Shown piece after piece: positions 8,611 to 18,958 of a stretch of DNA of 60,329 bases (within the stretch, counting starts at the first letter, position 1; each line of letters begins with the position of its first letter). Both the position numbers and the translations under genes were made by a program. The stretch spans positions 1 to 60,329 of the forward strand of contig JBEIJY010000012.1 of NCBI GenBank assembly GCA_040380025.1, in the 5' to 3' direction. The notes below the pieces were generated by a model. The model was not told where the DNA came from and did no database searches. It saw nothing but the letters and a program-made list of their open reading frames with translations. Source of the stretch: Bdellovibrionales bacterium. GTDB lineage: Bacteria; Bdellovibrionota; UBA1018; CAIMNF01.

Positions 8611-11600
8611 TCACCGAGGAATTCGCACCAACCGAAACCCGAGTCTCCAGTTCCTGGTGTTCTTCCACCGCTCCCCCGGATTCTCGATCCATTCGGACAA
8701 CAAAAACGCCCCGTTGCCCGCCTCGAACCGACCGACCCTTTCGGGGAGCCGCAGGGTCTCGCCCGACCGCACCAGCAATTCTTGCTCTTCTGCGGTCGGA
8801 AGACGGTACCGATACCTCGCATCCTTGGCATTCAGGCGTTCCAGGAACTCCCGGATCTCCTCCCACGAGACTTCCGCGATGCGCGGACACGCGACCCGGA
8901 CGCCGGTCAACACATCGAGCGCAGGCACTCCGATTCCGGGGGCTTTCTCGCCCATCACGAGCCTCCACTGCAACTCGGTCACGGTTCTTCCCTGCACCTG
9001 GAAGGCCTGGCCGTTCACCCGAAAGAAAGCAAGACTCTCGCGCGAGCCGTTTTCGAGGAATCTTGCCTCGGCGCCGGCTTCTTTTGCGATGGCATCGAAC
9101 ACCGGAAGCGCCGTGGTCTCAGCAAGGTGCTCTCCCACGGCAACGGCAGGGTCTCCCGCGAGCCGCGCCCGCCAGTCCGACATCCGCGCTTTGGGTGCGC
9201 CGATCAGCCCGAGCAAAAACGAAGCTCTTTCGGGAGCGGGAACCCGGGGATTCTCGAGCCAGGCCCCGAGCGCCAGCAGGAACTTCTGTTGGTCGCCGCC
9301 CGTGCGATTCAGGATCCTCCGGTACAATGCCACCGCCGGAAATCCCGGATTCGCCGTCACGCTTCGGCCCGTGAGCTCCGCCACCCGGTTCAGAATCCGC
9401 TGTCCGAGTTCGAACGCCGCGGGGTTTTCTTGCAAAAGCAAATCCGAGAGCCCGCGCTCGATCAAATACGGATCCCCCTCCCAATTCCAGAAGAGAACCG
9501 AGCTTGCGATCCGGAACAAATCCTCGCGAACGTCGAAGGGCCAGTTTTCGTTCAAAATCGCGACGAAATCCGCGCTTCGCTGGGAACGGAAAGGAACCCG
9601 CAATTGCCGGAGCAAAGCCTCAGCGCGGGAGGCATCGATTCCGGCATGGTCGGGAATCCCAGCCAAAACGGGGTAAATCTCGTCATCCGCCCGGACCCGG
9701 AACGTCGAGCCCTGAAGATACAGTTTCGTCAGCGGGCTCACGAGGGCGGAGCTCTTCCGGAACCGCACCAAAAGACCGGGGAGATTCGAAACCGGTTCCA
9801 GGATCAATCCGAGGTACCGCGGAGTATCGAGGATGTTCTGGACCAGAACCACCTGTTGCTCCAAAGAAAACGAATCGAGGAGCTCCAGCAGCGGTCTTTT
9901 TTGCTCGATCCAGAGCGCGAGGAACGATTGCTTTCTCACCCTGAAATCGATCGCTGGATCCCGCAGCCAAGAATCGAGCGTCCGCTCCACATCGGGATCG
10001 ATGATTTTTCCGGCCCGGAGCTGGCTTCCGAGAGCGATGTATTTGATTTGTTCAGAAGGAGATCCGTTCTTGAGCTCGACCATGAATTTGAACAAATGCT
10101 CGACAGACATCTCTTCTGCATTCCACGCCTCGACTGCTTCGCCCTTCCGCACCGTCACGAACGGGGATTCCTGGAGCGGAAGCACCTCATGGCAGGAGAA
10201 TTTCTTGAACGCCCGGGAATACAACTCGCTCTCCTTCCTGAAATTCGTGACAGCGGTCCTGAGCCGGAAAGACCGGATCAGCGCATCCTTCACCCGGATC
10301 CGTTTCTTGATCCAATACTCGAAGTATTCGTCGTTCGTGATTTTAAGCTGATCCTCCGATAAGTTCCGGGACAAGGCGAGAACATACCCTTTCGATGCCA
10401 CCGACTGGCGGATGCCCTCGATCATCGGAGCAAGGTCTTCTTCGGTGACCCCCTGGATTTTATCGAGGAACGCGACCTTGATCCCTCCCCCATCGGGACC
10501 AACCCCGGTGCCCAGTGCCACGGTCACCTGACCCGTGGAGTGCCCATTCTGATCGGTGAGAGTGAAATAATGAAAATCCGGATCAAGACCCAGAATCGGA
10601 TACATCCGTGTCGAGCAATCGCCGCCCAGGCATCCGCGATACGGCGACTCCAAAAGCGAAAGATGTCGGATCGTGCGTTGGGAGACCTCGGGAATTCCGG
10701 CATTCAAAAAAAGTTCATTCTCGAGGGCGCCCAGAACGGACTGGATCTGCGCCTCGGAGTGGGTCCCGGTCGCTTGGGCGACAGTCAGGTCTCTCATGAG
10801 ACCGCCGAATCCGTTCTTGATTCCCATCACCGAACAAAACACATCCCGTTCATCGAGAATCTTGCGATACGCGCGGATGCGTTCCAGGCCGTCCTCACTG
10901 CCCAAGGCCCTCTTCAAGGCGGGATCATGATATCCGACCGTATGGACCAGATCGACCAGCAGCTGGTTCCGGGCAGGGGTCTTCGGCAGTTTCCACAAAA
11001 AATCGAAAAGCTCCTCGGCACGATTTCTTCCGGACCGGAGATCATCCTTGAACGGCGGATCGAGAAACCGGCTCGGCAGACTCCGACCCAGGAATTCCCG
11101 GAACTCGCCATCCGTCGCCGCATGATAACCCAGAATTTCTTTCCAGGGCTTCGGGTTCTCTTGAATGCGGAACAAGCGCGCGTGAACCTGTCCCATCGCC
11201 ATCTTCTGGGATTTCACGAACTCGCGCACCGGGTCCGTCAACGGGTAACGCTTCCGGACCATGAAGAGCTCAGCGTCGGGAAAGGGCTCCTTTTGGAGAT
11301 CCGGATTCGCTTTCAAGAACCCGAGAAGCTCGTCATCGAGTTTCGGAGAAACCGGCGCAAGAGGGTCGCCGAAATACAAAGTGCGGTAGATCGCGAACAT
11401 CTGCCGTTGCTCCTCGACCGCAAGATCGGGAAGAAAGCCGCTCGTGAAGAGCCGCGCCAGATCATCGAGCGTACGGGGGCTCTGCACGCTCCGGAGTTTT
11501 CCCTTTGCGGTCCACTGCCGGGTGGCGTTTTTCACCTTCTGAAGAAGACGACTGCAAAAGTTCCCGTCTTCGGGCGATTGCGCCCGGGCGGAAATCGCAG

Positions 11601-11673
11601 GCCCGGCAACCGACAAAAGCAGCGCGAGCATCACGGAAAATGACGAAATGGACACCAAAGAGCGTGTTTTCAT
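8611..11673 (-). CDS. Large secreted protein, paralogue 2, with C-terminal FGE/SUMF1-like domain
   Basis: Signal peptide, NFCSRLL, RHLSLLESPYRGCLGGDCST, same C-terminal motifs as paralogue 1. Confidence 0.85.
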   Translation of the reverse strand: MKTRSLVSISSFSVMLALLLSVAGPAISARAQSPEDGNFCSRLLQKVKNATRQWTAKGKLRSVQSPRTLDDLARLFTSGFLPDLAVEEQRQMFAIYRTLYFGDPLAPVSPKLDDELLGFLKANPDLQKEPFPDAELFMVRKRYPLTDPVREFVKSQKMAMGQVHARLFRIQENPKPWKEILGYHAATDGEFREFLGRSLPSRFLDPPFKDDLRSGRNRAEELFDFLWKLPKTPARNQLLVDLVHTVGYHDPALKRALGSEDGLERIRAYRKILDERDVFCSVMGIKNGFGGLMRDLTVAQATGTHSEAQIQSVLGALENELFLNAGIPEVSQRTIRHLSLLESPYRGCLGGDCSTRMYPILGLDPDFHYFTLTDQNGHSTGQVTVALGTGVGPDGGGIKVAFLDKIQGVTEEDLAPMIEGIRQSVASKGYVLALSRNLSEDQLKITNDEYFEYWIKKRIRVKDALIRSFRLRTAVTNFRKESELYSRAFKKFSCHEVLPLQESPFVTVRKGEAVEAWNAEEMSVEHLFKFMVELKNGSPSEQIKYIALGSQLRAGKIIDPDVERTLDSWLRDPAIDFRVRKQSFLALWIEQKRPLLELLDSFSLEQQVVLVQNILDTPRYLGLILEPVSNLPGLLVRFRKSSALVSPLTKLYLQGSTFRVRADDEIYPVLAGIPDHAGIDASRAEALLRQLRVPFRSQRSADFVAILNENWPFDVREDLFRIASSVLFWNWEGDPYLIERGLSDLLLQENPAAFELGQRILNRVAELTGRSVTANPGFPAVALYRRILNRTGGDQQKFLLALGAWLENPRVPAPERASFLLGLIGAPKARMSDWRARLAGDPAVAVGEHLAETTALPVFDAIAKEAGAEARFLENGSRESLAFFRVNGQAFQVQGRTVTELQWRLVMGEKAPGIGVPALDVLTGVRVACPRIAEVSWEEIREFLERLNAKDARYRYRLPTAEEQELLVRSGETLRLPERVGRFEAGNGAFLLSEWIENPGERWKNTRNWRLGFRLVRIPR

Positions 11674-11734
11674 GCGTGCGGGAACGCTAACGCATGGCGC
11701 AAAAAAAGAAAAGCTTGAATCCGGTCACGCGCAC

Positions 11735-12091
11735 TCAGCGCGGATCATCGTGCGTGTGCACCCGACAGCTCGCGCTCAGAACCACGAGGCAATTCGCCGT
11801 GAAGGGACCATCCTGATGAAAATACGTCGCCCCCTCGGGAACCCGGCAGTTGTAGCTGCAGCCGTGCACCCGGAAATCCGGATAAAACGGCCCCATCGGG
11901 CTCCGGGAGCAAGACCATTCATAATGGATCTGATCGACGATCTGCGGCCTCCCGGTGAAGTTCGGGGCCAGACACCCGAGCATCCCGCTCCCGGTGACAT
12001 GTCCGTACAGGACCGCCGCCGTGGCCGGAACCGAAGCGAGAAGAGAAGCAAAAAGCAAAACCCACGAACCCGAAATCCCCCGAAGATTCAT
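11735..12091 (-). CDS. Small Cys-rich secreted protein
   Basis: Signal peptide ending ...VPATA; 6 Cys in the ~90-aa mature part. Confidence 0.6.
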   Translation of the reverse strand: MNLRGISGSWVLLFASLLASVPATAAVLYGHVTGSGMLGCLAPNFTGRPQIVDQIHYEWSCSRSPMGPFYPDFRVHGCSYNCRVPEGATYFHQDGPFTANCLVVLSASCRVHTHDDPR

Positions 12092-12138
12092 CGAAAAGAA
12101 TGCTGTGCGAGGAATCGGGGATTTTCAAGCGAAAAGAT

Positions 12139-15054
12139 TTATTTCGGCTCGCGAATCAACCGGAATCCGAGGGTCGGGCCCTTCCTCACGCTCCGGCCAT
12201 GGGCCGGATCCTGAATCCACTCCGAGACCCCGCGCCCCAGATCCTGCCAGATTTTTTCGAACAGATTCACCCGAACCGGAAGCCCCCCCTCCCAAGCCTG
12301 GATTGCCTTCTGCTCGGCATCGGTCGGAATCCGATAGCGATAGTGTCCGTCTTGTTCGTTCAACCGGCGCAAGAATTCCGTGATCTCGTGGAACATGACC
12401 GTTTCGACCGGACTCCACGGAGCCACGATCTGGGACGGGTTTGATCCCATGATCAACAACCACTGCAGCTGGGAAACGGGGGCGCCCTGGACCTGCATTG
12501 CTCCCTGCGGAGCCGGCACGAACTGAAAACTGTCGAAGAAAGTTTCATCGAACAGGGGTTCGCGGAGCCCTTGTTCGGTCGCAATCCGCTCGAAAAGCCG
12601 AAGATTGCTCGTGCGGGCCATCGGTTCCCAGATCCGGGAACGCTCGGATTTCGGCAGGGCTTCGAAGGCCCGTGCGAAACTCCCCCGGCGCGTGCCCATG
12701 AGACTTGCCAAAAACCAGGCTTTGCGTTCGAGATCGATGTCGGAACGGCCCATCCAGAGCCTCAATTCCTGATGGAATCGCGAGAGCTCCTGCCATCCGG
12801 CACGGGCCAGGATTTCGCGATAAGTCTGCAACGGAATCGATGCCCGGAACCCCGTGAACGATTCGCTCTCCTCAGCAATTCCGGCCGCGAGCCGCCGGGT
12901 TGTGCGGTCGGAGGACTCGAACAGGATTGCGAGCGATTGAACGAGTTCGGACTCGCTCGTTGCCCGGAACAGATGAAACCGGGACAAGAACCGGAGCACC
13001 GCGGGCTCCACCGCCCTGCCCTCGAAACTCTCGAGCCCGGCCCGGAGATCGGCGAGCTGATTCGTCCAGACCGCGAGTCGCAGATGTTCGACACTTTCGA
13101 AGATTTGCGCCTTGCTCTGGAGCGGTTCCCGAAGAACAGCGGTGATCACTGCGATGATTTCATCAAAAAATCCCTCATGAGCCATCCCCCAGCGTGTTCC
13201 GAAATATTCGCCGATCAGTTCCCGCAAGACCGCCGGCTTGTCACGAGCTCGGATCATGAGGTCGGACAGGATCTGACTCTCGAGCTCGAGCCTGACCCTG
13301 AATCTCGGGGTATCGAGCAGGTTTTGAATCAGGACCACCTGCTCCGTTTCGCTGAAATGATCCAGCAGCCCCGGAAGATTCATTTCTTCTGCCTGCCAGC
13401 TGGTGAGGAGAATCTGTTTCCGGACCCGGAAATCGACCGAACGGTCCGAGATCCATTCCTTCAGGGTTGCCGCGAAATCCCGCACTGATTCCGGATTCCC
13501 GAGAAGCCCCGTGCGCTCGAGGGCGGACATCACCAGGACATACTGAATCCGCTCATCGATCGACCCTGCCTTCAAGCGCGGCAGGGAACCAAGCAGATGC
13601 TCATGAGCGACTTCCCGTTTCGATACGGCGGATTGCAAGGGTCCCGGCTCCAGCCGCGCGCCCGAAATCTCCTTCATCGGCAAAACTTCCCGAAGCGGCA
13701 ACTGATCGAACGCCCGCGAATACGAATCCCCCACCCTCAGTTCCGGTACGCCCCGCCCGGGCTTGAAGTTGCGAATCCACGCATCCTGCCGGACCGGCAC
13801 ATCGCTGCGAATCCACGAGATGATCTGCTCCCGGTTCGAGATCGCATTGTCCCCCTCCCCGAGGTCCACGGGAAGCGCGAGCGTGTAGCCATCCTCGGCC
13901 ACCGAGCGCCGGATCCCCTCGATCAGGAGCGGAAGATCTTCTCTCGAAACATTCTGGATTTTATCGACATACGCGATCGGCTTCCGGCCCGAAGACAAAA
14001 CCCCCTCCCCGAGGACCACGGTGACCTGGCCCGAGGAATGTCCCGTTTCGTCCGTGATGGTGAAGTAATGAAAACTCGGATCAAGCCCGTAAAGTGGATA
14101 ATTCTCGGTCGAGCAATCATCGCCGAGACAACCCCGGAAGGGCGATTCCACCAGCGACAAATGACGAATCATTCTTTGCCGGATCACCGGCGCGACCGCG
14201 TTTTCGATCAGTTCGGATTCGAGGGCTTGCAGGGTTTTCTCGAGCTCCGCCGTGGAGTGGACTCCGGTGGGCTGGATGACTCCCAGGGATTTCATAAATC
14301 CCTCGAAGGATTCCTTGATTCCCACCGCTCTCAGAAACTCCTCGCGTTTTGCGAGAATCGTACGATACGCCCGCAAGCGCACAAGGCCATCGGCGTGTTC
14401 CAATTCCGCCTTGATTGCGGGATCGCGATAGCCGCTCGTGTGAACCAGATCAACCGCCGCCTGCCGGGCGACTCTTGGGTTTCGACCTGCATTCGCCGCA
14501 TCCAGAAGCCAGAAAAAAAGCTCCTCGGGATGGGCCGGAACGGGACCCGTCACGGCCAGCTTTTTCCAGAGCCCGGCATCCGCGCCGCGCTCAAACAAAC
14601 GCGTCTGGACTTTTCCCATGGCCGTCTTTTGCGCATCGAGGAACCCCTTCAGCGCCGGCGAAACCGGATGAACCCGCTCTTCGGTGAACAAAAGGAAGTT
14701 CCGGAGCGGCTTCTTTTCGAGATCGCGATGCCGGTTCAATGCCCGGACGATTGCGCGGTATGACTCCACGGGAACGACCGCTTGGGGATTTCCGAAGCGA
14801 AGAATCCGATAGAGCTCGAAGATCGCCCGCTGATCGGGCTTCGTGAAGTCGGGGACGAACCCCGAGCGGAAGAGATCGAGAAGCTCGTCGATCGTGGCAG
14901 GGTGGATCGGCCCCCGGTCTTGCCGAAGCAAGCGATCGCAGGGATTTTCGGAGCCCGGTGCTTGCGCCTGCGCCGCAGGGGGCAGGGCCAGGAGGAACAA
15001 GGCAAAAGCCAAAACGAGGCCAGCCGAATTCCGCATGGATCGCGAAGCGCTCAT
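12139..15054 (-). CDS. Large secreted protein, paralogue 3, with C-terminal FGE/SUMF1-like domain
   Basis: Signal peptide, NPCDRLL, RHLSLVESPFRGCLGDDCST, VSQLQWLLIMGSNPS...YRIPTDAEQ...VSEW...GFRL. Confidence 0.85.
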   Translation of the reverse strand: MSASRSMRNSAGLVLAFALFLLALPPAAQAQAPGSENPCDRLLRQDRGPIHPATIDELLDLFRSGFVPDFTKPDQRAIFELYRILRFGNPQAVVPVESYRAIVRALNRHRDLEKKPLRNFLLFTEERVHPVSPALKGFLDAQKTAMGKVQTRLFERGADAGLWKKLAVTGPVPAHPEELFFWLLDAANAGRNPRVARQAAVDLVHTSGYRDPAIKAELEHADGLVRLRAYRTILAKREEFLRAVGIKESFEGFMKSLGVIQPTGVHSTAELEKTLQALESELIENAVAPVIRQRMIRHLSLVESPFRGCLGDDCSTENYPLYGLDPSFHYFTITDETGHSSGQVTVVLGEGVLSSGRKPIAYVDKIQNVSREDLPLLIEGIRRSVAEDGYTLALPVDLGEGDNAISNREQIISWIRSDVPVRQDAWIRNFKPGRGVPELRVGDSYSRAFDQLPLREVLPMKEISGARLEPGPLQSAVSKREVAHEHLLGSLPRLKAGSIDERIQYVLVMSALERTGLLGNPESVRDFAATLKEWISDRSVDFRVRKQILLTSWQAEEMNLPGLLDHFSETEQVVLIQNLLDTPRFRVRLELESQILSDLMIRARDKPAVLRELIGEYFGTRWGMAHEGFFDEIIAVITAVLREPLQSKAQIFESVEHLRLAVWTNQLADLRAGLESFEGRAVEPAVLRFLSRFHLFRATSESELVQSLAILFESSDRTTRRLAAGIAEESESFTGFRASIPLQTYREILARAGWQELSRFHQELRLWMGRSDIDLERKAWFLASLMGTRRGSFARAFEALPKSERSRIWEPMARTSNLRLFERIATEQGLREPLFDETFFDSFQFVPAPQGAMQVQGAPVSQLQWLLIMGSNPSQIVAPWSPVETVMFHEITEFLRRLNEQDGHYRYRIPTDAEQKAIQAWEGGLPVRVNLFEKIWQDLGRGVSEWIQDPAHGRSVRKGPTLGFRLIREPK

Positions 15055-15071
15055 GGATCAAACTCCCGGGG

Positions 15072-15767
15072 TCAGAATCTATTTTTCAGTTTGTCCTTGA
15101 ACTTCGGAGAGACAAAATAGCGATCCCTCTCGGAAGTCCAGACCGTGAAAAGATCTTTTTTCATGTTTTTCGAGAAATCCAGATCCTGAACCAATGGAGT
15201 TTTGGTTTGAACCCCCACCAGTTCCATTCCATGCGCCCAGGATTCCCACTCCAGTCTGGACGGATCCTCCAGACGGATCCCCTTCGGTTCGCCTTCCAAC
15301 GGAGTGGTCAATTCGGCGTACAAATCGAAGATTTCTTCGATGACTCGCAGGTCCTTCTTCCAATACAAATCGAAACGCACGGATCCCAGTGGTGTTTCCA
15401 GAGTCAGGTATCGGAGAGTCTGCCCGATGAAATCACGCTCGGTAACCATACATCGCTTCAGAACCGGAATCGCAATCCCTCGCTCCACCTGCATCTCGGT
15501 GATCCTCGCACTCAGTGGATTTTTCGGATCCGCCAAACGAGTGCTGAACTCGACCAAGGGATCCACGAGAATCAGATACAACTGCCCCTCTCTGAACTCC
15601 CGGACCGTTCCCGGACCCACAATCGAATTATCAAAAACCGTGGGCGATCGGTACGACTCCAAACGCTTGTCGGAGCAATGCCGATCTTGCGAAAACGGCC
15701 CTGCAAGCGCCGCATTCGAAATTCCCAGAACCAAAGAACACACCCAAATCCAATTCCAACTCTTCAT
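15072..15767 (-). CDS. Hypothetical secreted protein
   Basis: ATG at 15767 (MKSWNWIWVCSLVLGISNAALA signal peptide) within ORF 15072..16340. Confidence 0.7.
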   Translation of the reverse strand: MKSWNWIWVCSLVLGISNAALAGPFSQDRHCSDKRLESYRSPTVFDNSIVGPGTVREFREGQLYLILVDPLVEFSTRLADPKNPLSARITEMQVERGIAIPVLKRCMVTERDFIGQTLRYLTLETPLGSVRFDLYWKKDLRVIEEIFDLYAELTTPLEGEPKGIRLEDPSRLEWESWAHGMELVGVQTKTPLVQDLDFSKNMKKDLFTVWTSERDRYFVSPKFKDKLKNRF

Positions 15768-15914
15768 ATTGCAGCGCACAATACACCACCCCCAAAGACA
15801 ATTCAAAACAAAAATGATCAAGATTCCTCGCTTCAACCGAATCAATTCACAAACCCCTTCCAACCCCCTCATTTTCATTCCCAATTCCGGCAGGGATTCG
15901 GTAGAGTGCCCGCC

Positions 15915-17234
15915 ATGTCTCCATTCGGAAAATTTCGCGTTGTGGTCACTGGCATTGGCATTGTCAGCCCTGTGGGGCTCAATCGGGAGTCCTCCTGGAC
16001 CTCGATAGTCGAAGGAAAATCCGGCATCGACCGGGTGTCGCTGTTTGATCCGGGCGATTGCTCCTGCCAGATCGCAGGCGAGGTGAAAGGATTCGACCCG
16101 ACCGCCCCCCTTCCTGCCCCGCTCCACCCGCGCGGAAAAGACGGCACGCCCGTCACCCAAGCCGTTTCGGCGCGCGAAATGAAGCGCATGGACCGATTCA
16201 TTCATCTGGCCCTGGCGGCGGGAGTCGAGGCGTACGCTGATTCCGGCCTCGATTCGGTTCGCGACCGGATCTCGCCGACCGAGATCGGCGTCAACATCGG
16301 AGTCGGCATGGGCGGCCTTCCCGGAATCGAGGACACCCACACGACCTTGAGAGAAAAAGGCATCCGCCGGATTTCTCCGTTTTTCATCCCTCAGGTGATT
16401 CCGAACCTCGCGGCAGGACAGCTTTCGATTTTATTGAATACCCAGAACACAAACTACTGCTCGGTCTCGGCCTGCGCCTCGAGCGCGCACTCGATCGGCG
16501 AATCGTACCGCACCATCCAGCGCGGAGAAGCGACCGTGATGATCGCAGGTGGTGCCGAATCGGTGGTCTGCGCCCTCGGGATCGGCGGATTCGCGGCCAT
16601 GCGCGCCCTCTCGACCCGGAACGACGAGCCCGCACGCGCCTCGCGCCCCTTCGATACGGGACGCGACGGATTCGTGATGGGAGAAGGCTCGGCCGTGCTG
16701 ATCCTGGAAGAGTATGAATTCGCCAAAAAACGCGGCGCCCGGATTTACTGCGAAATCGCGGGCTATGGTGCGACCTCGGACGCCTTCCATATCACCCAGC
16801 CGCTCGAAGACGGCGATGGCGGCTATCGCGCCATGAAGAACGCCCTTGCCGAATCGGGACTTTCTGCGAGCAGCATCGAGTACATCAATTCGCACGGCAC
16901 CTCGACTCCGCTCGGAGACGTGCAAGAAGCGATCGCCGTGAAGCGCCTCTTCCCCGAGACCAAGAACCTCCATGTGAGCTCGACCAAATCGATGACCGGA
17001 CACCTGCTCGGTGCCGCCGGCGCGATCGAAGCCGCCTTCTCGGCGCTCTCGATCCGCGATTCGATCGTGCCTCCGACGATCAACCTCGAGAACCTCGACC
17101 CGAAGTGCGCCGAGACCGGCATTGACTTCACGGCCCACCATGCCGTGAAAAAGCCCGTGAATGCGGCCCTGAGCAACAGCTTCGGCTTCGGCGGAACGAA
17201 CGTCTCGCTCCTCTTCAAGAAAGTGAATTCCTGA
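15915..17234 (+). CDS. fabF: 3-oxoacyl-ACP synthase II
   Basis: RVVVTGIGIVSPVG, SACASSAHSIG, NSHGTST, KSMTGHLLGAAG, SFGFGGTN; ATG at 15915. Confidence 0.96.
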   Translation: MSPFGKFRVVVTGIGIVSPVGLNRESSWTSIVEGKSGIDRVSLFDPGDCSCQIAGEVKGFDPTAPLPAPLHPRGKDGTPVTQAVSAREMKRMDRFIHLALAAGVEAYADSGLDSVRDRISPTEIGVNIGVGMGGLPGIEDTHTTLREKGIRRISPFFIPQVIPNLAAGQLSILLNTQNTNYCSVSACASSAHSIGESYRTIQRGEATVMIAGGAESVVCALGIGGFAAMRALSTRNDEPARASRPFDTGRDGFVMGEGSAVLILEEYEFAKKRGARIYCEIAGYGATSDAFHITQPLEDGDGGYRAMKNALAESGLSASSIEYINSHGTSTPLGDVQEAIAVKRLFPETKNLHVSSTKSMTGHLLGAAGAIEAAFSALSIRDSIVPPTINLENLDPKCAETGIDFTAHHAVKKPVNAALSNSFGFGGTNVSLLFKKVNS

Positions 17235-17237
17235 AGC

Positions 17238-17684
17238 ATGGACCTCCTCATCGCGTCGGATCACGCGGGCTTCGCACTGAAGGAAGCCCTGAAGCGCCGG
17301 GCGGGTGAGATCGGAGTCTCGTTCACCGATCTCGGCACGGACTCGAACCAAAGTGTCGACTACCCCGATTATGCGACCCTGCTTTCGCGCGCGCTCATCG
17401 CCCGCGGAGCGGAGGCGAATCTCGGGGTTTTGATTTGCGGAAGCGGTGTGGGCGTCTCGATCGCGGCGAACCGGAACCCGGCCATTCGCGCCGTATTGGC
17501 GGAGTCGCCCCTCGTTGCGAAGCTCGCACGCGAACACAATCATGCGAATGTGCTTTGTCTCGGAGCCCGCATCGTCACCGAAGATGCGGCCCTTCGCATC
17601 CTCCGCGAATTCCTCCTGGCCCTCCCCGATGCGGGCGAACGCCATGCCCGTCGGATCGAAAAACTGAAAGGACCTTCCTCATGA
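17238..17684 (+). CDS. rpiB: Ribose-5-phosphate isomerase B
   Basis: [37 protein letters not shown]. Confidence 0.95.
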   Translation: MDLLIASDHAGFALKEALKRRAGEIGVSFTDLGTDSNQSVDYPDYATLLSRALIARGAEANLGVLICGSGVGVSIAANRNPAIRAVLAESPLVAKLAREHNHANVLCLGARIVTEDAALRILREFLLALPDAGERHARRIEKLKGPSS

Positions 17685-18958
17685 GTCAGAATCCGTTTTT
17701 AAGCTCCCTTGCCTCGGTCGATCCCGAGATCTTTCGCTCCATCGAGGCCGAGAGCGTGCGCGAGGAGGACGGCCTTGAGCTGATCGCCTCTGAGAACTAC
17801 GCATCGAAAGCCGTGATGGAGGCGCAGGGATCGATTCTGACCAATAAATATGCCGAAGGCTACCCCGGCAAGCGCTACTACGGCGGCTGTGTGAACGTCG
17901 ATGCGGCCGAGAGCCTTGCCATTCAGCGCGTCTGCGCGCTGTTCGGAGCCGAAGCGGCGAACGTGCAACCCCATTCGGGATCGAGCGCGAACATGGGCGT
18001 GTATCATGCGATTTTGTCGCCGGGTGACACGATCCTCGGCATGAGCCTCTCGCACGGCGGGCACCTGACCCACGGAAGCCCCGTGAACTTCAGCGGAAAG
18101 CTCTTCCGCGCCCTTCATTACGGTCTCGAGGCCGATACGGACTTGCTCGATTACAATCAGGTGCGCGAAATGGCAAAACGCGAGCGCCCGAAGGTGATCA
18201 TCGCGGGAGCCTCGGCCTACTCGCGGATCATTGATTTTCAGACCTTCGGCGAGATCGCCCGCGAAGTCGACGCCAAGCTCGTGGTCGACATGGCCCACAT
18301 CGCGGGCCTCGTCGCGGCGGGACTCCACCCGAGCCCGATTCCGCACGCCGACTACACCACTTCGACCACGCACAAGACCCTCCGCGGCCCGCGGGGCGGA
18401 ATCATCCTTTCTTCGGCCGCGAACATCAAGGCCGTGAACTCGCTCATCTTCCCCGGAATCCAAGGGGGTCCGCTCATGCACGTGATCGCGGCCAAGGCGG
18501 TCGCATTCGGCGAAGCCTTGAAGCCAAGCTTCAAGACCTACCAGGAACAAGTCATCAAGAATGCGCGGGCCCTGGCCTCGGCGTTGATCGACGGGGGCTT
18601 CAAGCTCATCACGAACGGCACCGACAATCATCTGATGCTGGTCGACCTCTCGCGGAGCCTTGCCGGAGAGGTCTCGGGCAAGGATGCCGAGGCGTGGCTC
18701 GATCTTGCGGGCATCACCGTGAACAAGAACACCGTGCCGAACGAAAAACGCTCGCCCTTTGTGACGAGCGGAATCCGGATCGGGACTCCGGCGATGACCA
18801 CACGGGGCCTGAAAGAATCCGAGATGCGCCTCGTTGCCGGTTGGATCAAACAAGTCATCGACTCCAAAGGAGACGAATCGACCCTGAAGCAGGTGCGCGC
18901 GAAGGTGCTCGAGCTTTGCAAGTCCTTTCCTGTCTACGGAGCCCATCATGCTGTTTGA
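17681..18958 (+). CDS. glyA: Serine hydroxymethyltransferase
   Basis: [34 protein letters not shown] at 17681. Confidence 0.97.
   Translation: MSQNPFLSSLASVDPEIFRSIEAESVREEDGLELIASENYASKAVMEAQGSILTNKYAEGYPGKRYYGGCVNVDAAESLAIQRVCALFGAEAANVQPHSGSSANMGVYHAILSPGDTILGMSLSHGGHLTHGSPVNFSGKLFRALHYGLEADTDLLDYNQVREMAKRERPKVIIAGASAYSRIIDFQTFGEIAREVDAKLVVDMAHIAGLVAAGLHPSPIPHADYTTSTTHKTLRGPRGGIILSSAANIKAVNSLIFPGIQGGPLMHVIAAKAVAFGEALKPSFKTYQEQVIKNARALASALIDGGFKLITNGTDNHLMLVDLSRSLAGEVSGKDAEAWLDLAGITVNKNTVPNEKRSPFVTSGIRIGTPAMTTRGLKESEMRLVAGWIKQVIDSKGDESTLKQVRAKVLELCKSFPVYGAHHAV

Noticed and set aside
8576..8968. 1148-aa version of paralogue 1
   Set aside because: The extension overlaps the 3' end of paralogue 2 in another frame; the signal peptide and promoter-like motif point to ATG 8575.
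5522..15054. Diversity-generating retroelement acting on the FGE-like C-termini
   Set aside because: No reverse transcriptase and no adenine-specific TR/VR pair is visible in the window.
14958..15914. Apparent 758-aa FabF fusion
   Set aside because: The upstream part is mostly antisense to the 15072-15767 gene; FabF homology begins at ATG 15915.
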